This document shows, piece by piece, positions 46,358-56,066 of a stretch of DNA of 63,968 nt. The DNA is from a virus. Lineage: Duplodnaviria; Caudoviricetes. How positions within the stretch are numbered: position 1 is the stretch's first letter; the number at the start of each line of letters is the position of its first letter. The notes under the pieces are model-generated. The model saw only the letters and a program-made list of their open reading frames with translations, did no database searches and was not told where the DNA came from. A program made the translations under genes and the position numbers. The stretch covers positions 1-63,968 of IMG/VR virus record IMGVR_UViG_3300017707_001880. One strand, written 5' to 3'.

Positions 46358-46863
46358 CAGACGACCATGTGCGGGTTCTTCACCCGGCCGATGAACAGGT
46401 CATCCCGGATGATGCGGCAGCACCAGCCGTCGAAGAAGTAGAGGGGTTCTTCCGCGCGCCGGTGGGGCAACACGCCCATGACCCGCTTGCCGCCAGAGCC
46501 GGCGATTTGCAGGGTGATTCCGTCATTGGCGGACGAGAACAGCCAGTCGTACACCTTGGGGATACCATCCGCGCCCCCGAACTGCGCCTTGATCCAGGAC
46601 GCATCACCGTTGAACGCGTCCGGCCCCATGGCCAGGATCATGCCGACCTTGCCCTGGAACTGGTCTTCCTTCTGCTGCGTGTCGGTGAACTGGATCGTGG
46701 TGCCCGGCTTTACCAGCGGGCGGATGTAAACCGCGATCAGGACCGATCGGCCCCACAGTTCCAGTTCTTCGTGGTAGTTCCCAAGCTGCTCCAGGATGTG
46801 CTGCTTGGCGGTTTCGTAGTCGTCATGATGCCAGTTCAGGAGGAAACTTTGGTCTCCCATCAA
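46357..46863 (-). CDS. GroES-like co-chaperonin
   Basis: VLIAVYIRP...QGKVGMILAMGPDAF...CRIIRDD. Confidence 0.75.
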   Translation of the reverse strand: MMGDQSFLLNWHHDDYETAKQHILEQLGNYHEELELWGRSVLIAVYIRPLVKPGTTIQFTDTQQKEDQFQGKVGMILAMGPDAFNGDASWIKAQFGGADGIPKVYDWLFSSANDGITLQIAGSGGKRVMGVLPHRRAEEPLYFFDGWCCRIIRDDLFIGRVKNPHMVV

Positions 46864-46871
46864 TCACCTTT

Positions 46872-47057
46872 TCAGTTGAGTTCTCGGTAGGTCTCGTCGA
46901 GCACTTTGATCGCCCAACGGATCCCGGCAATTTCCCCAACGACCGTGTGCATCACGGATGCCGATTCGTTCTGCCGGGTCGTCAGGTTCTCGACCAAGCC
47001 GTCCTCACGCTCCTTGAGCGCAAGCCGAACCTGGTTCCGCAGGCTGTCCATCGACAT
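46872..47057 (-). CDS. Small hypothetical protein
   Basis: VGEIAGIRWA motif between portal region and GroES-like gene. Confidence 0.6.
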   Translation of the reverse strand: MSMDSLRNQVRLALKEREDGLVENLTTRQNESASVMHTVVGEIAGIRWAIKVLDETYRELN

Positions 47058-47305
47058 CAGCGGGGTTGCCGAACCAAAATGCCGTGCAGTTGCGGCTCAT
47101 CGGGCATCACCAGACGCTCGCTGGAGGACACTACGGTCTCCCCGTATGCGATGGACAGGCCCATCATGGCGGCCGACCGCAGCGCCGTATCACCGATTGT
47201 CTTGGGCGCCTGCTTGCGCCCGTCCACGCTCGATACCGTGTGCAGGCTGGAAGCAATGGCCACCATCAGATCGCGGATGACGGGCTCGGACACGACGACG
47301 ATCAT
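47057..47305 (-). CDS. Hypothetical protein
   Basis: ATGA overlap. Confidence 0.5.
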   Translation of the reverse strand: MIVVVSEPVIRDLMVAIASSLHTVSSVDGRKQAPKTIGDTALRSAAMMGLSIAYGETVVSSSERLVMPDEPQLHGILVRQPR

Positions 47306-48330
47306 TTCGCGCCCTTTTTCACACGTCCGCCGCGCCTCAATACGTCGTCCTTGGGAACGATGCCGCCGGGAAGAACGCCGTCTTTGGTGTTCCATTTGTC
47401 CATCAGGCGATCGGCTTCCATCTCTCCTGCGGTCGGACGGGAGACGCGGGGCGCCGGGCGCGGAGCAGAACGAACCGCGGGGGCGGCACGACCGCTACCC
47501 GTCAACGCACCTTCGCCAAACTCGATGCCGGGGGAACGAGACGCTGCCGTACGACCACTGCCCGTCAACGCGCCCTCGCCGGGGGAGGCACGACGCGCTC
47601 CTGTGACTGGCGCCGCACCTTCTTCCATCGCATCATACTTCGCGCCGCGATAGCCGCCCACCGGGCTGCGAGTCTTGCTGATCCCGCCCTCATCGGCAAC
47701 CGTATATCTGTCCGATGCCGACGCATTCTTCCGCGCCTTGGGCGCCGTCGCGCTCGGCGCCGGACCTTCGCCGCGAAGCCACCGCTTCAGGTTCCCGCCA
47801 ACGGGCTCGTTCGTCACTTTGGAAAGATCGGGACCGACCCCGCCCCCACCAGCACGGCGTCCGCCGCCCTTGGCCATGGGCTTCATCGGAATCTTGCCGC
47901 CGCGCTTGAACTGCGGGCCGCCGGGAGCGCCCATGCCAAGCGGCTTGGGCTGCATGCCGAGCGGCGGTCCACCCAGGTTCATCGGGGGCGGCGCGGGCGG
48001 GGGCGGCGCCATGGGCGGCATCATCGGGGCCGCACCGGCACCCATCGGGGCCGCGTGCATGCCGCGCTGCATGGAGCCGCGCAGGGACTGCGCATCGTTC
48101 GACGCGCCGCCGGATGCCACGATCACGTTCACGGTGGTGGCCGGCTTCTTCACCGAGCCGCCGCGGGCCAGCTTCAGGGGCGCGTTCTTGCCGCCGTGCA
48201 GCGCCGCCTCATGCTGGCGGACGGCTGACCTGACCATGGCCTTGTCCTGCTTGACGTCGCCACCGGTCGCATAGCCGCTCGCCCTCAGCATGGAGTGCGC
48301 GCGTTGGGCCGGCGTTGGGCATTTCGACAT
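47302..48330 (-). CDS. Basic, low-complexity late protein with six GG motifs
   Basis: YATGGDV, LARGGSV, FKRGGKI, MAKGGG, RAGGGGV, LRRGGRV; GEGALTGSGR twice. Confidence 0.7.
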   Translation of the reverse strand: MSKCPTPAQRAHSMLRASGYATGGDVKQDKAMVRSAVRQHEAALHGGKNAPLKLARGGSVKKPATTVNVIVASGGASNDAQSLRGSMQRGMHAAPMGAGAAPMMPPMAPPPPAPPPMNLGGPPLGMQPKPLGMGAPGGPQFKRGGKIPMKPMAKGGGRRAGGGGVGPDLSKVTNEPVGGNLKRWLRGEGPAPSATAPKARKNASASDRYTVADEGGISKTRSPVGGYRGAKYDAMEEGAAPVTGARRASPGEGALTGSGRTAASRSPGIEFGEGALTGSGRAAPAVRSAPRPAPRVSRPTAGEMEADRLMDKWNTKDGVLPGGIVPKDDVLRRGGRVKKGAK

Positions 48331-48459
48331 GATCCGTTCCTTTCATGAGAACGAGCTTGAAGCCGGCGCCGCCGGTCTCCGCTGGCGTGAGGATACGCAA
48401 ATACGGCTTGCTTGCAACAAAGTCGCGATCGGGCCACCGGGGCAGCCTGGATTGGATCA

Positions 48460-49320
48460 TCACGCGGCCCCCTCGGCCGTCCAGTTCACGCGATAGGTCG
48501 AACTGATGCGCCCAGGACACACGACCTGAAACAGCGATGCGTTCTGGCCAATGAGGTAGACCGGCGTTTGCGTCAGGGTCGCGTCCCCGTTCTGCACGAC
48601 AATCGTTGGGTCAACGGCGCCGAACACGGTGGGGAAGTTGATGGTCGCATTCCCGGAACCATCCGTGTTCACCAACGTCGATCCGCTTTGCCGACGCACG
48701 CTGCCCGGTAGCAACATCGTGAGAGTGCGGGAGCCGAAGGTTGGAGCGAACTGCGAATAGTTGACCACCTGATTGCCGGACGCGCCGGCCGTCGAAACCG
48801 TCAGGGCGCCCGTGATGGCGCTGTTGCCGACAATGGCGGCACCACCCGCGCTGATCGTAAGACCGCCAGACTCGATGGTGACCGCGCCCCGGAAAGTCCG
48901 GTTATTGATCGTGCCGCCGGTGCTTCCTCCATCCATGATCCACACGTTGCCGCCGCGGGAATAAACGGCAAGCTGTGTGTTCTGCGGGACAACCGGCCCG
49001 ACCGAGCCACCTCCCGTCGTCTTGACGGTCACCGTGAAGGCGCCCGTCGTGGCGTTGTTGATGATGTAGAAGGACCCGACGTTGGGCAGCAGGTAGGAGA
49101 TGTTGCCCGTCAGAACGCCGGTTAGGGACTGCACGAGGTTCTGCGCTTGCGCGGTCGTAGCGGTCACGTCCGAGGACCCCGCGACGTTGACCACCGCTTG
49201 GCCGCCCATGTTGTTGTCCAGGATGGACGTCCCCTGGTTCAGGAAGACGCCCCACTGGTTCAAATCACCAGCCACGGTCGGGAGGGAGTAGCCCTTGTTT
49301 GGCGTGTAGGCGACCATCAC
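48460..49320 (-). CDS. Short tail-fibre-like protein
   Basis: YTPNKGYSLP...WG..LN; LTGVLTGN; YIINNATTGAFTVTVKT; QSG..INFPTVF..VNWTAEG. Confidence 0.75.
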   Translation of the reverse strand: MMVAYTPNKGYSLPTVAGDLNQWGVFLNQGTSILDNNMGGQAVVNVAGSSDVTATTAQAQNLVQSLTGVLTGNISYLLPNVGSFYIINNATTGAFTVTVKTTGGGSVGPVVPQNTQLAVYSRGGNVWIMDGGSTGGTINNRTFRGAVTIESGGLTISAGGAAIVGNSAITGALTVSTAGASGNQVVNYSQFAPTFGSRTLTMLLPGSVRRQSGSTLVNTDGSGNATINFPTVFGAVDPTIVVQNGDATLTQTPVYLIGQNASLFQVVCPGRISSTYRVNWTAEGAA

Positions 49321-51707
49321 CCGTTATCCTTGCTGGTGTCCGCAAAACTCTGCGTGAATCGCGCGGCCCGCGCTTCCGCCATCTGATCCTGGTGCTGCGC
49401 TTGGTCCACCGAGCGATCTGCCGTGGCGTTCACCGTCTCGTGCATGCGCTTCGCCGCGTCGCGCGCGGCCTCGGCGTTCACCCGCATTTCCTCGACGCCG
49501 GCCTGTGCCGTGACCTTGGCCAATTCCGCCTGCCGGTTGGCCGCGTTGTCTTGGGCCTTGAGTTCCAGTTCCTTCATGTCGCCTTGGTGCTTCAATTCCT
49601 CGGCCTGCATGCGTTGCGCGCCCTTGTCCTTCTCGGTCTGGGCCTTGATCTGCGCTGCCGCCAGCTTGGGATCGGGCGCGGCCGGGCCGGGCGGCGTCGG
49701 CGGGACCGTCAGTTCTTCCGGGTTCTCCATCCCCAGCACCTTCAGCACGTTCGCCCAGATGCCCCGCTGGTTGGCGATGCCCTGGAACTGCGGCGAACCG
49801 GACGCGGCGACCAGCGCCTGAGTCCGCATGATGCGATGCTGCTGCGACGGGACGTTGGGATCGGCCGCCGGGATCAGGTCCCGGTCCTCGATTTCCTGCC
49901 GCACCGCCCAACGCCGAGCCGGCGACTTGCGCCCGCGCCACAGTGCCTCGGGATCGTCCGCGAACAGTTCCCGCAGCAACTCGAACTCGTCCGCCTGCGA
50001 GATATGGTCGTCCTTGTGGATGGCGCCCGGGACCTGGGTGACCTGCTCCATGTAGGACATGATGGTGCCGACCGGGACGTTGGACAGGCCCGCCTCCCCG
50101 AGCGGCAGGGACACGATGCCGGCGATGCGGCTGACGTCCCCCTCCATTTTCGTCAGAAGGGCCATTTCCTCCGCACCCGGCGCGCGGTACGGCAGCGGCA
50201 TGAAGATGTCCTGCGCCCTGGTCGCGCCCCCGCCGTTCACCCCGATCCACTGGCCAGGGTTCGGCCGGATCACGGTCTGCGGGTTACGGTTGCCGTTCTG
50301 CAGCCAGATGCCGCCCGGGAAGTTGGCGTAGAGCGTCGCATCCGTCATCGCGCGCTGGAGCATTGAGGCATAGAGGGTCGGGTTGCCGACAAGGTGGATC
50401 AGGCCGTAGTCGTAGAAGCCAAGGCCCGGGATTGATCCGTATTTCACATAGCGCCGGCGCGGGCGGTAATCGCGGTCGCCGCGGCGCCAGTTTCTGCGCA
50501 CCTCCAGAACCTGCCGGCTGTCCTTGTCGATCGAGACCCGATAGGGCAGCGGGTAGCCGGGAACGTGCCCTTCTTCGTCCTCATCCAGCACGTCCATGTC
50601 CCCCATGCTGCCGGGGAAGCTGCGGCTGTCGATCTCGACGTAGCACTCGTAGACCTGATGGTCCGCGTCCCACGGCTGCTTGGGGGTGGGGTCGATGCCC
50701 TCGCTGTCCGCAATCGCGCGCTCGGTGTTGGTCGGATCGCCCAGGGGCTGGATCAGGTCGATGTCCCGATAGTGCCCCGTCTTCTGGAGCCGCCGCATCG
50801 TGCCCTGCGACATGCGGATTCGCTCGGTGATGCGACTGGCCCCGCTCAGGTGGGTGCAGTCGGGAGAGACGATCAGATCCTGGGCACGGACCCACACGGA
50901 CGCCGGACGCCGGCGAATGGGGCAGCGGTAGACCTTGCGGAACGCATTGCCGATCAGGATGCGCGAGAACAGCATGCGGCTGAAATCGGGGTAGTACTCC
51001 CGGTCGGTCATCGTCAGGTAGTGATTCAGGTCCTGTTGCAGCGCGTCCGCAAGCGCGTCGTCACCCGCATCCAGGTCTTCCTCCGCCTCGGGGAGCAAGG
51101 TGGCCAAACCGTCCTGCGTCGCAGGCTCCCCCGTGAGCCCCGGCGCGGCCATGTCACGCGCGGCCCTGCGGCCAGCAACGGCGGCGGTGTTGCGTTTTAC
51201 CCGGACCGGCCCGTTAGCGGGCAGCAATTCCGCCCGGGCGACGCCCCACAGTTTGACCGCGGCCTCCAGCATGCAGGTGGCCACCATCTTGCAGACCGTG
51301 CCGTCGACGGTGACGGTGGTGGTGGGCTCCTCGATCTTCACGCCCAGGTAGTCGGCCACCTTGTTGGCCGTGTCCTCCCAATCGACCCGGGAGCGCAGGT
51401 CATCCTCGACGCCCTGGATCAGGAACTCGGAGAGGATGGACAGCGCGCCGTCGTCCATCTTGTCGGCAAGGTTCTCGTCAAACTTCTCGCGCTCGATTTC
51501 CTCCGCGCCGGCTCCGAGCCCCCCGATCATGTCGTCCTGGGTGACCGTGATGGCGACGTCACCCGTCTCGATGACCACGGAAGGGGGCGGGTCGTCTTCG
51601 TCGACGATCTCCACCTCGCCCGCGCCGAGGGCAGGCCTTCCCGGAATGTTGAGGATTTCCGCGAAGGGCCGGGGACGCTCGCGAGGGGCAACGATGACGT
51701 CGCTCAT
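49317..51707 (-). CDS. Portal protein
   Basis: FDENLA...SRVDWE...ELLPANGPVR...FRKVY...PGLGFYDYGLIHL; follows the terminase gene. Confidence 0.9.
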   Translation of the reverse strand: MSDVIVAPRERPRPFAEILNIPGRPALGAGEVEIVDEDDPPPSVVIETGDVAITVTQDDMIGGLGAGAEEIEREKFDENLADKMDDGALSILSEFLIQGVEDDLRSRVDWEDTANKVADYLGVKIEEPTTTVTVDGTVCKMVATCMLEAAVKLWGVARAELLPANGPVRVKRNTAAVAGRRAARDMAAPGLTGEPATQDGLATLLPEAEEDLDAGDDALADALQQDLNHYLTMTDREYYPDFSRMLFSRILIGNAFRKVYRCPIRRRPASVWVRAQDLIVSPDCTHLSGASRITERIRMSQGTMRRLQKTGHYRDIDLIQPLGDPTNTERAIADSEGIDPTPKQPWDADHQVYECYVEIDSRSFPGSMGDMDVLDEDEEGHVPGYPLPYRVSIDKDSRQVLEVRRNWRRGDRDYRPRRRYVKYGSIPGLGFYDYGLIHLVGNPTLYASMLQRAMTDATLYANFPGGIWLQNGNRNPQTVIRPNPGQWIGVNGGGATRAQDIFMPLPYRAPGAEEMALLTKMEGDVSRIAGIVSLPLGEAGLSNVPVGTIMSYMEQVTQVPGAIHKDDHISQADEFELLRELFADDPEALWRGRKSPARRWAVRQEIEDRDLIPAADPNVPSQQHRIMRTQALVAASGSPQFQGIANQRGIWANVLKVLGMENPEELTVPPTPPGPAAPDPKLAAAQIKAQTEKDKGAQRMQAEELKHQGDMKELELKAQDNAANRQAELAKVTAQAGVEEMRVNAEAARDAAKRMHETVNATADRSVDQAQHQDQMAEARAARFTQSFADTSKDNG

Positions 51708-51762
51708 GGTGTTCTCCGCTTCGCCCTGCGTTGTAGCCAAAAATTAGGCAGGCATCAAACCA

Positions 51763-53910
51763 TCACGCGTTTGCCGGCCCGTGGATTGCATAGGGCACTC
51801 CGACAGGGCGCTGGTATTGCATCGCCTCATCCTCGGTTTCGCGGAACTCGGCTTTCGTGATGGCCAGGCCTGTCTTGCGCGCCCACAGCAGCATCTGGCC
51901 GAGACAGTCGACGTAATCGTCATGCGCGCCGCGGGGGAAGGATGTCGTCTCCGCGATCACTTCCTCGGCCCACTCCGCCTCGGGCGCCCACACCATGCCC
52001 CCTTCCCAGATGTCCATGCCGGTCGCCGGATCCTTGCGGACGGGCCCGGAGAACATGGGCGTGATGGCCATGACGCGCGTTACCTTGTCCTGCGCGTACC
52101 GGCCGCCGCCGATCTTGAGCAGGCAGGTGTCCCACGGCGCGCTGGCGTAGAGCCGACGAATTTCGGCCGCGACGTCGTGCCCGCGGGCCTTGTCCTCGAT
52201 CAGGAGATAGTCGACGTTGTGCTTCCGGCAGGCATCCCCGACCATGCGCACAAGGTCCGCAAGGTTCGTCCGCACCCGCCACGCATCGGCCAGCATGAAC
52301 TGCGGCGCGCCATCATCGTCCGCAAAGGCCCCGACGATCGTGAGGGCGTTGTAGTCGTTCTCCGTGCCTTCCTTGATGGCCGTGTCCAGGCTGGCGATGA
52401 CGGTGCCGAACTCGGGAAGCACCATCCCGCGCCACCGGCGCCACCACTCCCGCCGGATGATGGCGCCGCCGCGCACGGTGGGAAGTTGTTGGTACTGACT
52501 GGCAAAGGCATACGGGCCTTTGATTGTCTTCATTTTTTCCATTTCTTCGGGGGGGTAACGCTCGGGCCAGCATAGCGTCCCCTCCGCCTGAGCCATGGGG
52601 CTTCCAGGCTTTGCCTCCAGCCCCCCGTGCGCCCGCATGACAAGCCCGGCCAGTTCTTTCCCGCTGCTGTCCAGGCCACGGGGATCGGCCCATACCTGCG
52701 TCGCCTCCCCGCTCTTGTTCCGCCGCAGGACCACATGCTGAAAACGGCTGGGGTCAAATTCCATTGGCACTACGATGTGGGTGTAGCCGAACTGGAGCAA
52801 AACGCCCGTGGCATCCTGTTCGTGCGTCCTCTGTTGGATGTTGATGATCACAGAGGTTTTGAGGTTGTTGACGCGATCGGGCATGACCTCCCGAAGCCAA
52901 TGGCTTGTTCCGGCCCGGATCGTTTCGCTCTCCACGTTGTTAGGGTCGTTCAGGTCGTCGCAGTTATGCGCAAGGATGCCCTCGACGAAATAGTTGTGAT
53001 CTGGCCCTACGCGCAGGTTGTAGGTGGGCTCTCCGGTTTCTCCGATAACATCAACGGAGATGACGGATATCGCATCGCTTATTTCCGGGCGATCAAGACG
53101 CACACCCTTGAGCAGGTCACCCGGACACACATCATCTGCCGGGACGAACCCCCGTCCCTCAACCCAAATCGGATGGTCGCTTGTACATGTGAGGGACCGA
53201 TTTTCATAGTTGAGCCTTACCATTCTCCCGGCTGGATTGACCTCGTAACACTCGATTTTCTGCCACCTGACACCGTTCCCGGACCATCCGGCGACAAGAA
53301 CGTCCCTGCGCTCATCGACGATATCTCCGACCGCCATTTCTCCTTGGCTGGTCAGAATGCGGGCCGACCTTTCGAGGCACAACACATAGTCACCGCGATG
53401 GCCCGTTGTGCCACCCCCCGTGCTTACCACCCGCTTCCATCCGGTTGCGGATGTCTCGACCAATCCAACCCCCTCGCGAACAACCTGCACGCGGTCACCC
53501 CAAAACTGGCGGAACAAATCGGACTGGATTACTCTCAATAGTCTCCCGTTATCACGCTCAGGGATCATGGTTGAATATGACGCGCTGATAAACCGCAGGT
53601 GCGGCTTGTTTTGAGCTCCCCACAACCATGCCGGGTAGAACACGTTAAGCATCGTGCTTTTCATTGATCCGGGTGGAACGTTGATGCAGATGCGATGAAG
53701 GTGCCCATCAGCGGCAGCCATCAGCACATCGCACATGGCTTCCAGAACCCAGCCCTTGATGAGCGGGGTGGCGGGCTCGACGACGGGCCAGAACGCCTGC
53801 ACGAAGGCCATCAGGTCCTTTTCGCAATCGGCCTTCAGCGCGGCCCGTTCCTCCCGCCGCCGCAGTTCCGCCCGTGCAGCCTTAAGCAACTCCGCCGTGA
53901 TCTTGGACAT
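51763..53910 (-). CDS. terL: Terminase large subunit containing an intein
   Basis: Walker A INVPPGSMKST; Walker B split by the intein; RNase H SLDTA, IEDKARG, FPRGAHDDYVD. Confidence 0.95.
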   Translation of the reverse strand: MSKITAELLKAARAELRRREERAALKADCEKDLMAFVQAFWPVVEPATPLIKGWVLEAMCDVLMAAADGHLHRICINVPPGSMKSTMLNVFYPAWLWGAQNKPHLRFISASYSTMIPERDNGRLLRVIQSDLFRQFWGDRVQVVREGVGLVETSATGWKRVVSTGGGTTGHRGDYVLCLERSARILTSQGEMAVGDIVDERRDVLVAGWSGNGVRWQKIECYEVNPAGRMVRLNYENRSLTCTSDHPIWVEGRGFVPADDVCPGDLLKGVRLDRPEISDAISVISVDVIGETGEPTYNLRVGPDHNYFVEGILAHNCDDLNDPNNVESETIRAGTSHWLREVMPDRVNNLKTSVIINIQQRTHEQDATGVLLQFGYTHIVVPMEFDPSRFQHVVLRRNKSGEATQVWADPRGLDSSGKELAGLVMRAHGGLEAKPGSPMAQAEGTLCWPERYPPEEMEKMKTIKGPYAFASQYQQLPTVRGGAIIRREWWRRWRGMVLPEFGTVIASLDTAIKEGTENDYNALTIVGAFADDDGAPQFMLADAWRVRTNLADLVRMVGDACRKHNVDYLLIEDKARGHDVAAEIRRLYASAPWDTCLLKIGGGRYAQDKVTRVMAITPMFSGPVRKDPATGMDIWEGGMVWAPEAEWAEEVIAETTSFPRGAHDDYVDCLGQMLLWARKTGLAITKAEFRETEDEAMQYQRPVGVPYAIHGPANA
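52963..53379 (-). mobile_element. Mini-intein (139 aa, no endonuclease)
   Basis: Starts CLERSARILT, block B TCTSDHPIW, ends TYNLRV..HNYFVEGILAHN followed by Cys(+1). Confidence 0.92.
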
Positions 53911-53921
53911 GAACGCTGCTC

Positions 53922-54566
53922 CTAGCTGATGTCGACCGCATTGCCGTTGATGGTCTTCTGCTGCGCGCCGTTTACGATAGCCTTCAACTCGTTTTCGGAC
54001 AGGTCTTCGACCGACCTCACCACGCGGACGTGCCGCTGTTCCACCACCATGCCCATGATCTGGGCCAGCGTGCCGAGGGCCTGGCGCTTGTCCGCCACCC
54101 GGACGTGCTCATCGCTGGTGGGAGCGAAGGCGATCTTGGCCAGTTCCTTGATGACGCCCTCGCGGGTGACACCTTCGATCATGACCCGTTCGAGCGCGGT
54201 GATGGAATCGTTCTTGAGCGCCATTTCGCTTCGGCGCTGGATCCGGTCCTGGAGGGTGGCGATGTGGACGTCATCGACGCCCGAGATCACCGGCTCTCTC
54301 TGCATGAACTCCAGGGCCGCGACGACGTGCGGACGCTGCCTGATCTTCGTCACCGCCGACATTGCGCTGGTTTTGGTGACGTTGGGGTTTGCGTCCATGT
54401 AGGCCCGGTAGGCGACGCCGGTCTTCGAGAAGATGCGCGCGAACAGAAGCTCCTTGTCGCTCAACTTGTTGAGGATTGCGTCAGCCTCCGCTTGCGCCTT
54501 GGCTTTTTCCTGCGCTGCCGCAGAGGCGGGGGTGGGCGACTTGCGCTTCGGAGATGCCGCCATCAC
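53922..54566 (-). CDS. terS: Terminase small subunit
   Basis: LSDKELLFARIF...RAYMDA...VTREGVIKELAKIAF; directly upstream of terL. Confidence 0.8.
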   Translation of the reverse strand: MMAASPKRKSPTPASAAAQEKAKAQAEADAILNKLSDKELLFARIFSKTGVAYRAYMDANPNVTKTSAMSAVTKIRQRPHVVAALEFMQREPVISGVDDVHIATLQDRIQRRSEMALKNDSITALERVMIEGVTREGVIKELAKIAFAPTSDEHVRVADKRQALGTLAQIMGMVVEQRHVRVVRSVEDLSENELKAIVNGAQQKTINGNAVDIS

Positions 54567-54659
54567 GCGCGCCCCATATAAATGTTTTCAGGAACGATAA
54601 TTTGTCCTTTCATTTTTAGGTCGATTGTTCCAAGATGAATGGGCGCAAAGGAGCAACGC

Positions 54660-54974
54660 ATGTCTGACACCACCATGACGATCGAACAAGTTATCCTGCG
54701 ACTGGCCCGCATGAAGCTGGCGGGGCAAGTCGAGGATATAGCCCGGCTGCTTCTGATCAAAGCCAATCCCGAATGGCGCCACCCGCGCGTGATCGCTGCC
54801 AACTTCGGGACGAACGGCGCGAATATGTGCCGGTTCCAAGCCAAAATGGTCAAGCGCGGGTTTTTGAAGGCCGAGCGCCTGAAAACGGACCGGCGCCAAG
54901 TGAGCGTCACCGTCACCGCTGCCGGCTCCAACTTCCTCCGCAAGATCGAACGGGACTGGAGCAAGGGGGCATGA
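54660..54974 (+). CDS. MarR-like winged-HTH regulator
   Basis: KMVKRGFLKAERLKTDRRQVSVTVTAAG. Confidence 0.75.
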   Translation: MSDTTMTIEQVILRLARMKLAGQVEDIARLLLIKANPEWRHPRVIAANFGTNGANMCRFQAKMVKRGFLKAERLKTDRRQVSVTVTAAGSNFLRKIERDWSKGA

Positions 54975-55294
54975 GCAGCCGCCCCCGGCGCGCGCTGACC
55001 GGCCCCCAACTGGAGGCTATGGTGCGGCAGGCCGTGCTCCAGTTTCTGGTGCATGGCCTGAGCGTCCCCGAGGTGCGGCTGCTGATGGACACGCCCAGCG
55101 ACGGCATCGACATTCGTCGCCTGAGCAGGCCCGACATGGGCGTGTTTGCGGGCATGAAGAAGCGCCGCATCGCGACCAACACCTACGCGTCCCTGGTAAT
55201 GCTTGCCGTCGACACCGACGATGCCGCGCCGATCTGGCAGTTGACGCCCCTCGGCGTTGATCTGTGCATGGCGCTGCGCAACGGGACCTTCTGA
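54971..55294 (+). CDS. Hypothetical (wHTH-like) protein
   Basis: C-terminal WQLTPLG. Confidence 0.55.
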   Translation: MSSRPRRALTGPQLEAMVRQAVLQFLVHGLSVPEVRLLMDTPSDGIDIRRLSRPDMGVFAGMKKRRIATNTYASLVMLAVDTDDAAPIWQLTPLGVDLCMALRNGTF

Positions 55295-55325
55295 CCTTTC
55301 CCTCCCTACGACGGGACACGACACC

Positions 55326-56063
55326 ATGACAGCCACTGACACGTTCAACCCCCCAGACCCGGAGCGGCGCTGGTCGACCGAGCGCCGGGAATACCTCCGG
55401 GCTCACTACCAAGATAACGTCCCGGTCCGAGACATCATGACCGTCCTGAACAGCATGATCGGCCTCCATATCAGCGACCGGCAGGCGTCGGCTTATGCCG
55501 GCAGGATGTTCAAGCTGAAACGCCCGGAGACGATGGTCAGCGTTTTTCGCGACAAGGCACTGGCCGCGATGAATGCCCGGAGACGGGCGGAGATGGAGGC
55601 ACGCTTGGCAGGCGATGAAACCCCGGAGGCGGCGGAGAAACGCCGTCTTGAACTGTCCCGGCAGGCAAAGGCCCGTCAGCAGAAAGCCATGCGGAAGGCC
55701 GAACGCGACGCAAAGAAAAAGGCCGAGGCAAAGCCCTCCGCCCAAGTGCAGCAGGAGGAACGGGCGCGGATCATCGAGAAGCGCAACCGGCTGACCGAAT
55801 TGTTCATGGCCGACCAGCAGCGCCTGGACATTCTGCGGATGGAGCGGGAGCGCCGGGAGACGGAGCGGGCGGCAGTCAAGCCTGCCGTTAAGCCGCAGCG
55901 CCGGCGTGACCCGGCTGATGAGCCGAGCAGGCCATTCAGCATGTCGGTGATGGCGATGCCGGACCCCAGGCTGGCGGCTTACCAGGAGCAGCGGAGCGCG
56001 GCCGGCCGAGGACGCGTGTCCGACAGCTACGTTGCCCCCCTCACTCGAACCCTACCGGAGTAG
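55326..56063 (+). CDS. Protein with GcrA-like N-terminal HTH and coiled coil
   Basis: WSTERREYLRAHYQDNVPVRDIMTVLN...AYAGRMFKLKR. Confidence 0.55.
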   Translation: MTATDTFNPPDPERRWSTERREYLRAHYQDNVPVRDIMTVLNSMIGLHISDRQASAYAGRMFKLKRPETMVSVFRDKALAAMNARRRAEMEARLAGDETPEAAEKRRLELSRQAKARQQKAMRKAERDAKKKAEAKPSAQVQQEERARIIEKRNRLTELFMADQQRLDILRMERERRETERAAVKPAVKPQRRRDPADEPSRPFSMSVMAMPDPRLAAYQEQRSAAGRGRVSDSYVAPLTRTLPE

Positions 56064-56066
56064 ACC

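Noticed and set aside
47490-47581. Short direct repeat encoding GEGALTGSGR twice
   Set aside because: Ordinary intragenic duplication in a low-complexity protein
48209-48520. Extra gene between the fibre gene and the basic GG-motif protein
   Set aside because: Overlaps the better-supported 47302-48330 gene by ~120 nt and has no recognisable motif; left uncalled
36873-49320. Diversity-generating retroelement or invertible tail-fibre cassette
   Set aside because: No reverse transcriptase, no TR/VR pair and no inverted repeats flanking alternative fibre ends were seen
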